The translations under genes were made by a program, and so were the position numbers. This document shows, piece after piece, positions 15,101 to 23,118 of a stretch of DNA of 27,083 bases. Below the pieces are notes generated by a model that saw only the letters and a program-made list of their open reading frames with translations, was not told the DNA's origin and searched no databases. The DNA is from a bacterium (GTDB taxonomy: Bacteria > Nitrospirota > Thermodesulfovibrionia > Thermodesulfovibrionales > BMS3Bbin05). Numbering within the stretch: position 1 is the first letter of the stretch; each line of letters starts with the position of its first letter. Where the stretch lies: contig JBLNHB010000343.1 of NCBI GenBank assembly GCA_050268805.1, forward strand, positions 1 through 27,083, in the 5' to 3' direction.

Positions 15101-16313
15101 TGGTACCCAAGCATACGCGGTGATTCCTCTTGTCTCGCGGAACAACGTTCTCGGGGTCCTCTGGGTGGACAATTATTTCAACAGGAAACCAATCATCGAT
15201 GAGGACATCAGATTTCTGAGGGGATTTGCGGACCAGGTTGCTGCCGCTATCGAGGGGGCACGCCTCTTTGAGCAGGTCAAGCTCGCCGAGACGGAGCTCG
15301 AAAATATCTTTGAATCCATCTCCGACATGGTGTATTTCACCACCCGGGATTACGTCATTAAGAATATCAACAGAGCGGTTGCAGACCGACTGGGCAAGTC
15401 TCCCGAGGAGATCGTCGGAAAGAAATGTTACGAAGTCTTTCATGGTATGGACAAGCCCTGGACACAGTGTCCCCACCATAAGACCGTCGAAACCATGCAG
15501 GCATATGTCGAAGAGATTGAAGATCCCTACCTGGGCGGAACATTGCTCACTTCGAGCTCTCCGATTTTCAATACCCAGGGTGAATTTCTGGGCACTGTCC
15601 ATGTCGTGCGGGACGTCTCGGAACTGAAAAAACTCAGGGAAAAATTGGCAATGGCTGAGCGGATGGCAGCCCTCGGTGAGGTGGCCGCAAAGGTTGCCCA
15701 TGAAATCAGAAATCCTCTGGTTTCGATCGGAGGGTTCTCACGGAGACTCGAAAAGAAACTGGAGGGCAGCCTGAAAGAGTATGCCTCGGTAATCACCATG
15801 GAGGTCACCAGGCTTGAAGGAATTCTAAAGGACATCCTCGGATATGTCAGGGACATCAGACTCAAGAAGGAGATATCGATCGTCAATACCGTCATAGAAG
15901 ATGTCGTCTCCCTCATGTCCGATCAGATAAAGAAAAAAAAGCTGCGTATTATCAAAGAGTATTCCGGCGACATGAAGCACGTCGTGATCGACGGGGACCG
16001 GATCAAGGAAGGCCTTATTAATATCATCACGAATGCCGTTGATATCCTCCCCGAAAATGGCATGATAACGATCAGGACCTCTATGGAAGAAAAATATTCC
16101 GTGATCGAGATCGCAGACAATGGTCCAGGCATTGACAAGAAAGACCTTCCCTATATTTTTGACCCATTCTACACCACCAAGGTGAGCGGCACCGGTCTTG
16201 GCCTTGCCATAACCCACCGGATCATTGAACAGCACAAGGGCAGAATAGAGGTTACCAGCGCTCCCGGTGAGGGCGCTGCATTTAAAATATTCTTACCTGT
16301 AAAGGAGGACTAA
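12126..16313 (+). CDS. Membrane sensor histidine kinase: TM-periplasmic helical sensor-TM-HAMP-GAF-GAF-PAS-PAS-GAF-PAS-HisKA-HATPase, 1395 aa
   Basis: Two TM segments, HAMP (PMNLLLTATEKIALGDL...DEFGILSKRFNDM), H-box VAHEIRNPL, N-box INIITNA, DNGPGI, FDPFYTTK, GTGLGL. Start set at ATG 12126 (MYLKHK). Confidence 0.92.
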   Translation: MYLKHKLTVFLAGFLAALLIFAAGSMYIFEKFQDAISIMKQVSTEHRQHEVLKAAIVDLVSAAKNWGFTGQLEYKRMYRERRNEVITTFESLREVTKDRDALNRIGEEFDSIDRSVKELFSYGQPVGNPPVLSLIRQLDNKTVGIMGSIEEFHNASLFSLDMVSLRTERIKNAMSAYLISTIVFLFVASFSLLLLIRRVVHRPMNLLLTATEKIALGDLEYRVSYDREDEFGILSKRFNDMIDKVHASETKIKDKLNETEILLDIANLVSSSIDLSSAFTVIADIIPKRTVKDGTALYLYHPLKKDFKREAYSRDHAEIFADSIPPDDTVSREILMRTQPVSLSRDQISSTGCVRGFTGSLLAVPITSENMVSGLLVTVSQLQEEIPQEEINLFVLIAHTIGTALKNSELYTAAKTQLKRFSALYELAQTVTSALTLDELFRKVSAETTRLLNARGCIIRILDGDDLKVQSMHGLPAGIQRELDLKIGDGIAGMVARTGKSLLIEDVSELPEEMRRPRIDLKSVVIVPMKIDESVIGTIGLFDKTDARGTAISFSTEDLETTEGFASITAIGYEKIMSYDRERMREQTALEAKKRMETLFESVRGGILTLNRQGTILLANKYVENWIDRKREDIIGKNSVEIFHTAENMICPHCVSQATFQTGEINTLTQSRGINYAELSSYPIRDESGNIIEAVVFIQDITDRVLYQEEILSLYKEVSQTKEYLESLIDDSADAIITTDLQGTITSWNRAAARIYGFSEEEALGTFLPFVPDFLVETEKAYIERLKKGETIKDLETVRINKEGKMFEISLTLSPIKDTSGEIIGISGISRDISEKKKVEKELIRRNQELSRLFFISSAMRGTLDLERLLRMILTAVTMSDGLGFNRAILFLVDKDKNVIRGAMGVGPSSAEEAWQIWDKLSIEKKTLPDLLQEVETGPLKKDSFLDKLGVGMTISLDEESTLTRSVKEKIPINVKDVRTEPLSDAVLIQQLGTQAYAVIPLVSRNNVLGVLWVDNYFNRKPIIDEDIRFLRGFADQVAAAIEGARLFEQVKLAETELENIFESISDMVYFTTRDYVIKNINRAVADRLGKSPEEIVGKKCYEVFHGMDKPWTQCPHHKTVETMQAYVEEIEDPYLGGTLLTSSSPIFNTQGEFLGTVHVVRDVSELKKLREKLAMAERMAALGEVAAKVAHEIRNPLVSIGGFSRRLEKKLEGSLKEYASVITMEVTRLEGILKDILGYVRDIRLKKEISIVNTVIEDVVSLMSDQIKKKKLRIIKEYSGDMKHVVIDGDRIKEGLINIITNAVDILPENGMITIRTSMEEKYSVIEIADNGPGIDKKDLPYIFDPFYTTKVSGTGLGLAITHRIIEQHKGRIEVTSAPGEGAAFKIFLPVKED

Positions 16314-16317
16314 TGGT

Positions 16318-16665
16318 ATGAAAATCCTCATCGTAGATGATGATCCGGCAATACGTCTGCTCTACAAGGAGGAACTCGAGGATGAAGGATACGAGGTTGT
16401 GGTTGCAAGCTCGGGAGAGGAAGCGTTGAGGCTCTTTGATGCCGAGAACCCCGACATTGTAACTCTCGATATCCTCATGCCGGGCATGGACGGGATCCAG
16501 GTCTTGAGACACATGAAAGAGAAAAAACCTCGTCTCCCCATCATCATGTCAACGGCGTATGATTACCGGGACGACTTCGCAATTTGGGCCTCGGAAGCAT
16601 ACATCGTCAAGTCTGCTGATATGACCCAGCTCAAGGAAACCATCAAGAAACTGGCAGAGAAATAG
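16318..16665 (+). CDS. Single-domain response regulator receiver
   Basis: ILIVDDD, VTLDILMPG (phospho-Asp), MSTAY, YIVK. AAGGAGG SD. Confidence 0.95.
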   Translation: MKILIVDDDPAIRLLYKEELEDEGYEVVVASSGEEALRLFDAENPDIVTLDILMPGMDGIQVLRHMKEKKPRLPIIMSTAYDYRDDFAIWASEAYIVKSADMTQLKETIKKLAEK

Positions 16666-16667
16666 GA

Positions 16668-17909
16668 ATGCAGCTGAAAATACTCACGCCGCTCTACGGA
16701 GGTTTGAGCCTTGCAAAGGATGGACCAGTCTATTTCGTCAAAGGAACCATACCGGGCGAGACCGTGGAGGTGCTGGTAAAGGAGAGAAAAAAGGATTACC
16801 TCCTATCAGATACTGTTCGTGTACTTGCCCCCTCACCCTTCAGACAATCTCCCCCCTGTCCTTCTTTCGGCATATGTGGTGGCTGCCACTATCAATTCAT
16901 TGCTTATGAACGGCAGCTCACGATGAAGCAGGAGATTATCTACGACTGTCTCACGAGGATCGGTAAACTGGATAACATACCATTTGACAAAGCGCTCTCC
17001 GGCAACCCTTATCACTACCGTCACCGGGCCCAGCTCAAAGCCAGCCAGGGAAGGCTCGGCTTCTACCGGGAAAACAGCCATGACGTCATCGAGTTTGAAA
17101 CATGTCTTCTCCTGAGCAAACGGCTCAATGACTGCTGTTCGGCATTGAAAGAAGTCGGCATCCCACCTCACATGACCGACATTACGATTACTGTTGGGGA
17201 CAGCGTGATCGCGCATATCGGGGGAACGAAGATAGGGGATGACTATCTGAAATCGCTCCTTGACAAGGACATTATCCAGGGCATAACGACAGACAACGGG
17301 AGATCATTCGGTGCGGAATACACCACGTTTGAAGCACGGGGGTACCGGTACACGGTTTCCCCGCAGAGCTTTCTCCAGAGCAACTGGGAAATGAACAAAG
17401 CAGTGATCAAACTCTTGGGGGAGCACCTGCAGCCGGAATCCGGTGGTGGTAACGCTTCACGAGCATTTCCTCAGAAAGGCAATAAGCAACGCCTCCTCGA
17501 TGTTTTCGGCGGCGCAGGGAATTTTTCTCTTCCCCTTAGTGCTGACTTTCATACCATCACGGTTGTTGAAGAGAACCCTCACTCGATCAGAGATGGCAGG
17601 AGGAACGCGGTGCTCAATAACATCACCAACATCTCGTTTGCGCAGGAGGCTTTTGAAGAATTCAGCACATCCGCACGATACAGCACGGTGACTGTCGATC
17701 CCCCGAGAGTGGGCCTGAGCAGCAGATCGCTGAAAAAAATCAGATCCCTCGCTCCGGAAAGCCTCTTTTACATTTCCTGCAATCCGGCGACCTTGAGCAG
17801 GGATGCAGCCAAATTGAAAGATTTGTACCAACTCCGGACCGTGAGACTGATCGACATGTTTCCCCAGACATATCATTGTGAGATTTTCTGTCACTTTGGT
17901 TTACAATAA
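16668..17909 (+). CDS. rlmD: 23S rRNA (uracil-C5)-methyltransferase, RlmD/TrmA family
   Basis: TRAM N-terminus, CPSFGICGGC Fe-S motif, FLQSN, LLDVFGGAG, VDPPRVG, YISCNPATL, DMFPQTYHCE. Confidence 0.9.
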   Translation: MQLKILTPLYGGLSLAKDGPVYFVKGTIPGETVEVLVKERKKDYLLSDTVRVLAPSPFRQSPPCPSFGICGGCHYQFIAYERQLTMKQEIIYDCLTRIGKLDNIPFDKALSGNPYHYRHRAQLKASQGRLGFYRENSHDVIEFETCLLLSKRLNDCCSALKEVGIPPHMTDITITVGDSVIAHIGGTKIGDDYLKSLLDKDIIQGITTDNGRSFGAEYTTFEARGYRYTVSPQSFLQSNWEMNKAVIKLLGEHLQPESGGGNASRAFPQKGNKQRLLDVFGGAGNFSLPLSADFHTITVVEENPHSIRDGRRNAVLNNITNISFAQEAFEEFSTSARYSTVTVDPPRVGLSSRSLKKIRSLAPESLFYISCNPATLSRDAAKLKDLYQLRTVRLIDMFPQTYHCEIFCHFGLQ

Positions 17910-17914
17910 GACTC

Positions 17915-18409
17915 GTGATGGAGATCCATGATCAATCATCCAGACATGATGCAAGAATCAGCGGAGAGCTTGTCCTCTGTGACAGCGATGCTGCTTTCCG
18001 CGCCCACCGCACCCTCTTCAAATTCGGACGGGACCGATATGTTATCTGCAGATCCTCCCCCGTCACCTGCCTTGAAACCATGAAGACCAGTTCCGGAAAA
18101 CTCCACCTCGCGTGCCGGTGGAAGGGAATGCTCTCTGTCACCCTTTGGAGAGACCGTATTCAGGTCGGAGACGTCCTGCACGTCCTCAAGAGCGTCGGCA
18201 TGAGTGAACGCGACCTGAGCCCCTTCACGGGAGCTGAAATCGACGACCTTTTCCCTGCACTGTACTACGGGAAACATTTTGATGTTCTGAGAAAGGTCTG
18301 CAATCATGCAAAAAAAGTCGCTGAAGGCAGACTGCAATCGAAGGCGATAAGGATCGATTGTCACCTCGTTGCGGAGGATTCGCAGCAGATTGTGGCGAGC
18401 AGCCTTTGA
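17915..18409 (+). CDS. Hypothetical protein, 164 aa
   Basis: Fills the rlmD-ubiX gap on the operon strand, 5 nt after the rlmD stop. No motif recognised. Confidence 0.65.
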   Translation: MMEIHDQSSRHDARISGELVLCDSDAAFRAHRTLFKFGRDRYVICRSSPVTCLETMKTSSGKLHLACRWKGMLSVTLWRDRIQVGDVLHVLKSVGMSERDLSPFTGAEIDDLFPALYYGKHFDVLRKVCNHAKKVAEGRLQSKAIRIDCHLVAEDSQQIVASSL

Positions 18410-18485
18410 AGGTGCTGACAATCCCCGTGAGGGATGGGAATTCCATGGTTCCTAGAGACCAGATAGTTTAGGGGTTCGGCAGACC

Positions 18486-19073
18486 ATGAAACAGTTAATT
18501 CTCGGCATCACCGGGGCTAGCGGTTCCCTTTTCGGTCTCAGGCTCCTCAGGGAACTCGTAAAGAGTTCTCATGTCTTTATCACTGTATCGAGCGGCGCAT
18601 TGTCTATTATCAAAGATGAAGCGGGACTCGACCTGCAGGGCAATGCCCCGGAAGAGACCCTCAAGAACTATGCCGAATCAGACGCCATCACGGTGTACCA
18701 AGACACGAACCTGAACGCTCCGATTGCAAGCGGTTCTTTCAGAACTGACGGTATGTTCATTGTTCCCTGTTCCATGAAGACCCTTTCGTCCGTAGCGAAC
18801 GGCATGGCCAACAATCTTATTGAGCGAAGTGCCGATGTGACAATCAAGGAAGGAAGAAGACTCGTTCTCTCTCCGCGGGAAATGCCCCTGAGTGCCATTC
18901 ATCTGGAAAACATGCTGAAACTCTCCAGATTGGGAGTCACCATAGCACCGCCGGTCCCCGCGTTCTATCACAAGCCGCAATCAATGGATGATATCATTGC
19001 GTTCGTCGTGGGGAAGCTTTTGGACAGCATGGGGATACCGAATAACCTCTATTCCCGGTGGGAGGGGAACTAG
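18486..19073 (+). CDS. ubiX: Flavin prenyltransferase UbiX/Pad1
   Basis: LGITGASG, APIASGSF, VPCSMKTL, LIERSADVTIKE, PREMPLSAIHLENM, PPVPAFYHKP. Confidence 0.96.
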   Translation: MKQLILGITGASGSLFGLRLLRELVKSSHVFITVSSGALSIIKDEAGLDLQGNAPEETLKNYAESDAITVYQDTNLNAPIASGSFRTDGMFIVPCSMKTLSSVANGMANNLIERSADVTIKEGRRLVLSPREMPLSAIHLENMLKLSRLGVTIAPPVPAFYHKPQSMDDIIAFVVGKLLDSMGIPNNLYSRWEGN

Positions 19074-19313
19074 CTATTCTCTGATGTGTTTCATGATGCG
19101 CTCGTATTTCTCGAGACCGACACATTCTTTTGCAGCAGGGCACCACATCAGGCAGGATGCTTTCAGGTCACGTGAAATCTCGTGGCCGCAGTGTTTGCAT
19201 GCGGTTTCCGTCTCATCCGACCAGATCTCAACAGGCGCATCACAAAAATAACACCGTATCTCCTCGGGAAAGGGATTTCTGATCTCTTTGCTTCCTGGAC
19301 AGCTCTCTTTCAT
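19074..19313 (-). CDS. Small Cys-rich putative metal-binding protein, 79 aa, 8 Cys
   Basis: CPG...CYFC...EIWSDE...CKHCG...SCLMWC...ECVG pattern. Confidence 0.75.
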   Translation of the reverse strand: MKESCPGSKEIRNPFPEEIRCYFCDAPVEIWSDETETACKHCGHEISRDLKASCLMWCPAAKECVGLEKYERIMKHIRE

Positions 19314-19418
19314 GGTTCTATCTTACAACGAATCAGCCATAAAGGACATGATATAAATCATACCTACCGCCATCAATCGAGCCAGGAAGGATTCCTAGGA
19401 TGCAAGAGGGGAAATGAC

Positions 19419-19973
19419 TTATGACTTGTTTTTCTTCAGTTCATTGATAATGTTGGAAATCTGAAGGGCATCAGGCGCGTTCGGTGATAACTTCAGGTAT
19501 GTCTGAAAAGCCTTGATCGCCTGGTCGTTCTTCTTGAGATCAAAGGCAAGAACCACACCCAGATTCTTATGGGCATAGATATGATCCGGCTTTATCTGGA
19601 TCGCCTTCCGGTATTCTTCGACAGCCTTGCCCGGTTCCCCGAGGTTCCGGTAACAGGTCCCCATATCCACACGCACATCCACGTTTTTGGGGTCAAGTTC
19701 AAGGGCGACTCTGTAAGCATCAACAGCATCACGGAATCTGCCGGTATCCATGCCCATGTTTCCGAGTTTGATCCACGCTTCGATATTCTTTGGCTCCCGC
19801 GCCACAACCTCCTTCAGCATCTTCATTTCATTGTCGGAGGTCAGAGAACCGGGTACCGGACCCTGCCCTCCCAGGGGGGAAGAAGGCGGAGAATAAGGTG
19901 TGTCACCCTTTTCACTGCATGAGGTAACAAAAACGAGCGCCAATACAAGAAGAGCCAATGTAATTTTTTTCAT
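19419..19973 (-). CDS. TPR-repeat lipoprotein
   Basis: Signal MKKITLALLVLALVFVTS-C (lipobox), Pro/Ser linker, TPR repeats (AWIKLGN...A...Y..AL..DP, LG..Y..LG...A...Y.KAI...P). Confidence 0.88.
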   Translation of the reverse strand: MKKITLALLVLALVFVTSCSEKGDTPYSPPSSPLGGQGPVPGSLTSDNEMKMLKEVVAREPKNIEAWIKLGNMGMDTGRFRDAVDAYRVALELDPKNVDVRVDMGTCYRNLGEPGKAVEEYRKAIQIKPDHIYAHKNLGVVLAFDLKKNDQAIKAFQTYLKLSPNAPDALQISNIINELKKNKS

Positions 19974-20054
19974 AAACTATTTTAAAGAAATGTGCAGAAT
20001 TATCTCAAGATGAAAATTGCATTCCAAGAATGCCTTTCTGTTACAATGATGGTC

Positions 20055-20690
20055 ATGATCCATCTGATCATTTTTGATCTTGACGGAACTCTTGTCGATT
20101 CCTCTCAAGATATCACGAACGCGATCAATCATGCCGTTGCGGGAACCGGTCTTCCCCCCTATGCCCGGGAGCAGATAATTAAGCTTGTAGGTGAGGGTCT
20201 GACCAAATTGATAGAAAACATACTGCCGCCCGAGCTTGAACACAGAAAAGCCGAAATACTCCAGAAATTCCTCGATTATTATTCAGATCATATTGCCGAC
20301 AACACCCGCCCTTACCCATCTGTCTGTGAGACGCTGAAAAAATTGGGGAAATACAGGAAGGCAGTCCTTTCAAACAAGCATGAGCTCCTTTCGAAAAGAC
20401 TCATGGGTAAAATCAATATTATCAAATACTTTGACTATATAATAGGAAGTGATACTTTAAATGAGCGAAAGCCTTCCCCGAAAGCTATTCATTATCTGCT
20501 TGATACATTCTCGCTCCTGCCTGAGAATGCCATGATAGTCGGCGATAGCGAGCTTGATATCCGCGCCGGGAAAAATGCCCGCATCACGACCGTTGGGGTC
20601 ACCTATGGCTATAGACAATCCGAATCGCTGAAAGACGCCGATTATCTTATCAATGCCATGAGCGAATTAATCCCCCTTCTCGGCACATAA
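20055..20690 (+). CDS. gph: HAD-superfamily phosphatase, phosphoglycolate phosphatase-like
   Basis: IFDLDGTLVDS, VLSNK, RKPSP, MIVGDSELDI, GVTYGY. Start uncertain (ATG 20046, 20049 or 20055). Confidence 0.85.
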   Translation: MIHLIIFDLDGTLVDSSQDITNAINHAVAGTGLPPYAREQIIKLVGEGLTKLIENILPPELEHRKAEILQKFLDYYSDHIADNTRPYPSVCETLKKLGKYRKAVLSNKHELLSKRLMGKINIIKYFDYIIGSDTLNERKPSPKAIHYLLDTFSLLPENAMIVGDSELDIRAGKNARITTVGVTYGYRQSESLKDADYLINAMSELIPLLGT

Positions 20691-20848
20691 AAGCTTGGAA
20701 ATTGCTGTCGGCAGAACATCCTTACAGATTCCGCTGTGGCGCGGTCGGCGAACATCCCTTTGAACAAGGCTTCCGTTCTGAGACAGACAATCGCAACCTT
20801 CAAACTATAGAAGAAACAGCTGCTCTGCATATGGTATACTACTTTTCA

Positions 20849-21592
20849 ATGAAGGTGCTTTTCACTCGACCCGAAAGCCTGAAGGATGTCCCGTTCCGTT
20901 TCTGTCCGGGATGCGGCCACAGCATTCTCCACCGGATTGTCGCCGAATGCATCGACGAACTCTCCCTTCGGGAAAGAACGATCGGCATAGCTCCTGTGGG
21001 CTGCGCGGTCTTTGCCTACGACTATTTCAACTTTGACATCATCGAGTGCGCCCATGGACGACCTCCTGCAGTCGCAACGGCTCTGAAGAGGGTCATGCCG
21101 AACCGGATTGTTTTCTCATACCAGGGGGATGGGGACCTGGCAGCCATTGGTCTTGCGGAGATCATCCATGCTGCAAACAGAGGTGAAAATTTTACCGTCA
21201 TCTTTGTGAATAACGCAACCTACGGTATGACCGGCGGACAGATGGCGCCGACGACACTCCTTGAACAGAAAACAACAACAACTCCGAAGGGAAGAGACAA
21301 GGTCTCACACGGGTATCCAATGCCTGTGGCAGAAATCATGGCGACTTTGCCGTCGGTCGTCTACGTTGCAAGAACCTCCATCACGAACGCCAAGGAGATC
21401 CTTGCAACCAAGAGGCACATCAAGAAAGCTTTTCAGAATCAGGTCGAGGGAAAAGGCTTCAGTTTCGTCGAGGTGCTTTCACCATGCCCCACGGATTGGG
21501 GCGTCACCCCGACTGATGCACTTGCCTGGATCAATGGTTCTATGAAAAACACTTTTAAGCTCGGCATTTTAAAAGACATATCTTCAGGGTAG
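20849..21592 (+). CDS. 2-oxoacid:ferredoxin oxidoreductase beta (TPP-binding) subunit
   Basis: FCPGCGH, GIAPVGC, HGRPPAVATA, YQGDGD...VNN--YGMTGGQ TPP motif, EVLSPCPT. Start set at ATG 20849. Confidence 0.95.
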   Translation: MKVLFTRPESLKDVPFRFCPGCGHSILHRIVAECIDELSLRERTIGIAPVGCAVFAYDYFNFDIIECAHGRPPAVATALKRVMPNRIVFSYQGDGDLAAIGLAEIIHAANRGENFTVIFVNNATYGMTGGQMAPTTLLEQKTTTTPKGRDKVSHGYPMPVAEIMATLPSVVYVARTSITNAKEILATKRHIKKAFQNQVEGKGFSFVEVLSPCPTDWGVTPTDALAWINGSMKNTFKLGILKDISSG

Positions 21593-21601
21593 GAACCATC
21601 T

Positions 21602-22159
21602 TTGGAAATAAAGATCATCATCGCTGGATCCGGGGGACAGGGGATTCTCTTTCTCGGCAGGCTCATCTGTCAGGCTGCCATGATCGAGGGAAAACACGTC
21701 ACCTGGTTTCCATCGTACGGTGCGGAGATGCGCGGGGGCACGGCAAACTGCACCGTTGTAATTTCCGACGATTTTATCGGGTCCCCCGTTGTTCAGAATC
21801 CGGATGTCATGATTATTCTCAACCAGGCATCTTTGAACCGATTCCTGAATCGGATACGGGAAAAGGGGTCCCTCTTTTATGATTCCAGCCTCATCCCGGG
21901 TGTGGTTGAACGGGATACTGTTTCCCTTGTCCCGATTCCTTCAAGCCGTATCGCTGGTGAAATCGGGAATCCCCGTCTGTCGAATATGGTCCTCCTCGGA
22001 GCCTTCGTGAAACTGAGCCGCATTGTCTCGGAGGAAGACATCACCCGTGCCGTTTCCATAGTCGTTCCAGCGCAGAAATCATCGCTGATTGAAAAGAATA
22101 TTCTTGCAATCAATAAAGGGGCGGACTTTGCTGCACATCAGAAAAGCTGTTGTGGATGA
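21602..22159 (+). CDS. 2-oxoacid:ferredoxin oxidoreductase gamma subunit
   Basis: IAGSGGQG, PSYGAEMRGG, NMVLLGA, KN--A--KG. TTG start. Confidence 0.95.
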   Translation: MEIKIIIAGSGGQGILFLGRLICQAAMIEGKHVTWFPSYGAEMRGGTANCTVVISDDFIGSPVVQNPDVMIILNQASLNRFLNRIREKGSLFYDSSLIPGVVERDTVSLVPIPSSRIAGEIGNPRLSNMVLLGAFVKLSRIVSEEDITRAVSIVVPAQKSSLIEKNILAINKGADFAAHQKSCCG

Positions 22160-22583
22160 CATTAAGAACATTCACCGCTTCATTAACACGCACGCAAAAA
22201 AGGGACAGATGCTGCCCCGTTCCCTCAACGAACTCTATGAGCATATCAGGGATTTGTACTTGGCTCTTGAGAACGAGAACCTGCTCGGTGTTTGTGCCCT
22301 CCATTGCTTGTGGGAAGACCTGGCTGAGATCCGTTCTCTCGTCGTCACCGAAGAAGAAAGAACAAAGGGGATCGGAAAAAGGCTCGTCACCAAATGCATC
22401 GCTGAAGCCAAACAGCTCGGCATCAAGCGCGTTTTCGCGCTCACGTACGTCCCGGAGTTTTTCCATAAGATCGGCTTTAAGGATATCGACAAGTCGATTC
22501 TCCCCCAGAAGATCTGGGGAGACTGCCTGAAATGCCATAAATTCCCCGACTGTGACGAATTTGCCGTGATCAGGGAGATCTGA
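22128..22583 (+). CDS. argA: Short GNAT amino-acid N-acetyltransferase (ArgA-like)
   Basis: IRKA, MLPRSLNELYE-IRD, AEIRSL, KGIGK-LV, VFALTY-PEFF-K-GF, LPQKIWGDC-KC-KFP-CDE. Start set at TTG 22128 behind AAGGGG. Confidence 0.85.
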   Translation: MLHIRKAVVDDIKNIHRFINTHAKKGQMLPRSLNELYEHIRDLYLALENENLLGVCALHCLWEDLAEIRSLVVTEEERTKGIGKRLVTKCIAEAKQLGIKRVFALTYVPEFFHKIGFKDIDKSILPQKIWGDCLKCHKFPDCDEFAVIREI

Positions 22584-23118
22584 TCCCGCTTTCGCTGCTC
22601 GAGAAATCAACATTGATGATAACCCGTGAATTCTCACGGAGCTGCTCTATTTGTCTTCTCAGACGTTCGTTCACTTCCTTCTCGGTCAGGAACTTCAGGA
22701 TATCATCGCGGACATCGTCATATGCCTTGTTCCTGAAGTGTTCCTGATTGTCCTCAAAATATTTCCGAATATCCTTTTCCGCTATCCTGATTGCCGCCCG
22801 AATTTTCAAATCAATATACTGCTCTATTAATCCATCATCCGTCTCGCTCTCCATCCGGTACCGTTTTGCTTCATTGAGCAGAAGAATCCTGTTTATCATG
22901 GTCTCGAGAGTACCCTGGTATGTGATTTCCTCATTGATCTTTCTTAATTCTCCATATTTGCCCATAAGGTCTGACTGGGTGATCGCGAGATCATCCACAA
23001 ATGCCACAACACGGTCTATCACGACAGCCCGAACGGACTGGACAGAAAAGAGACACAGTACAAACAGAACGCCGGCCAGTTTAAAACGCCTGACCGATAC
23101 TGAAGTGAATTTCTCCAC
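22570..23118 (-). CDS. SurA N-terminal-domain-like periplasmic chaperone, no PPIase domain
   Basis: Signal peptide ending VRA, then VIDRVVAFVDDLAITQSDL (SurA-N), helical C-terminus LRENSRVII. GTG 23118 with GAGGGAG SD. Confidence 0.75.
   Translation of the reverse strand: MEKFTSVSVRRFKLAGVLFVLCLFSVQSVRAVVIDRVVAFVDDLAITQSDLMGKYGELRKINEEITYQGTLETMINRILLLNEAKRYRMESETDDGLIEQYIDLKIRAAIRIAEKDIRKYFEDNQEHFRNKAYDDVRDDILKFLTEKEVNERLRRQIEQLRENSRVIINVDFSSSESGIRSP

Noticed and set aside
20702-20848. 49-aa N-terminal extension of OFOR beta
   Set aside because: No family similarity; a -10 element sits directly before ATG 20849.
20701-20848. TPP riboswitch upstream of the TPP-dependent OFOR subunit
   Set aside because: Only CTGAGA is present; the conserved J2/4, P4 and P5 sequences are absent.
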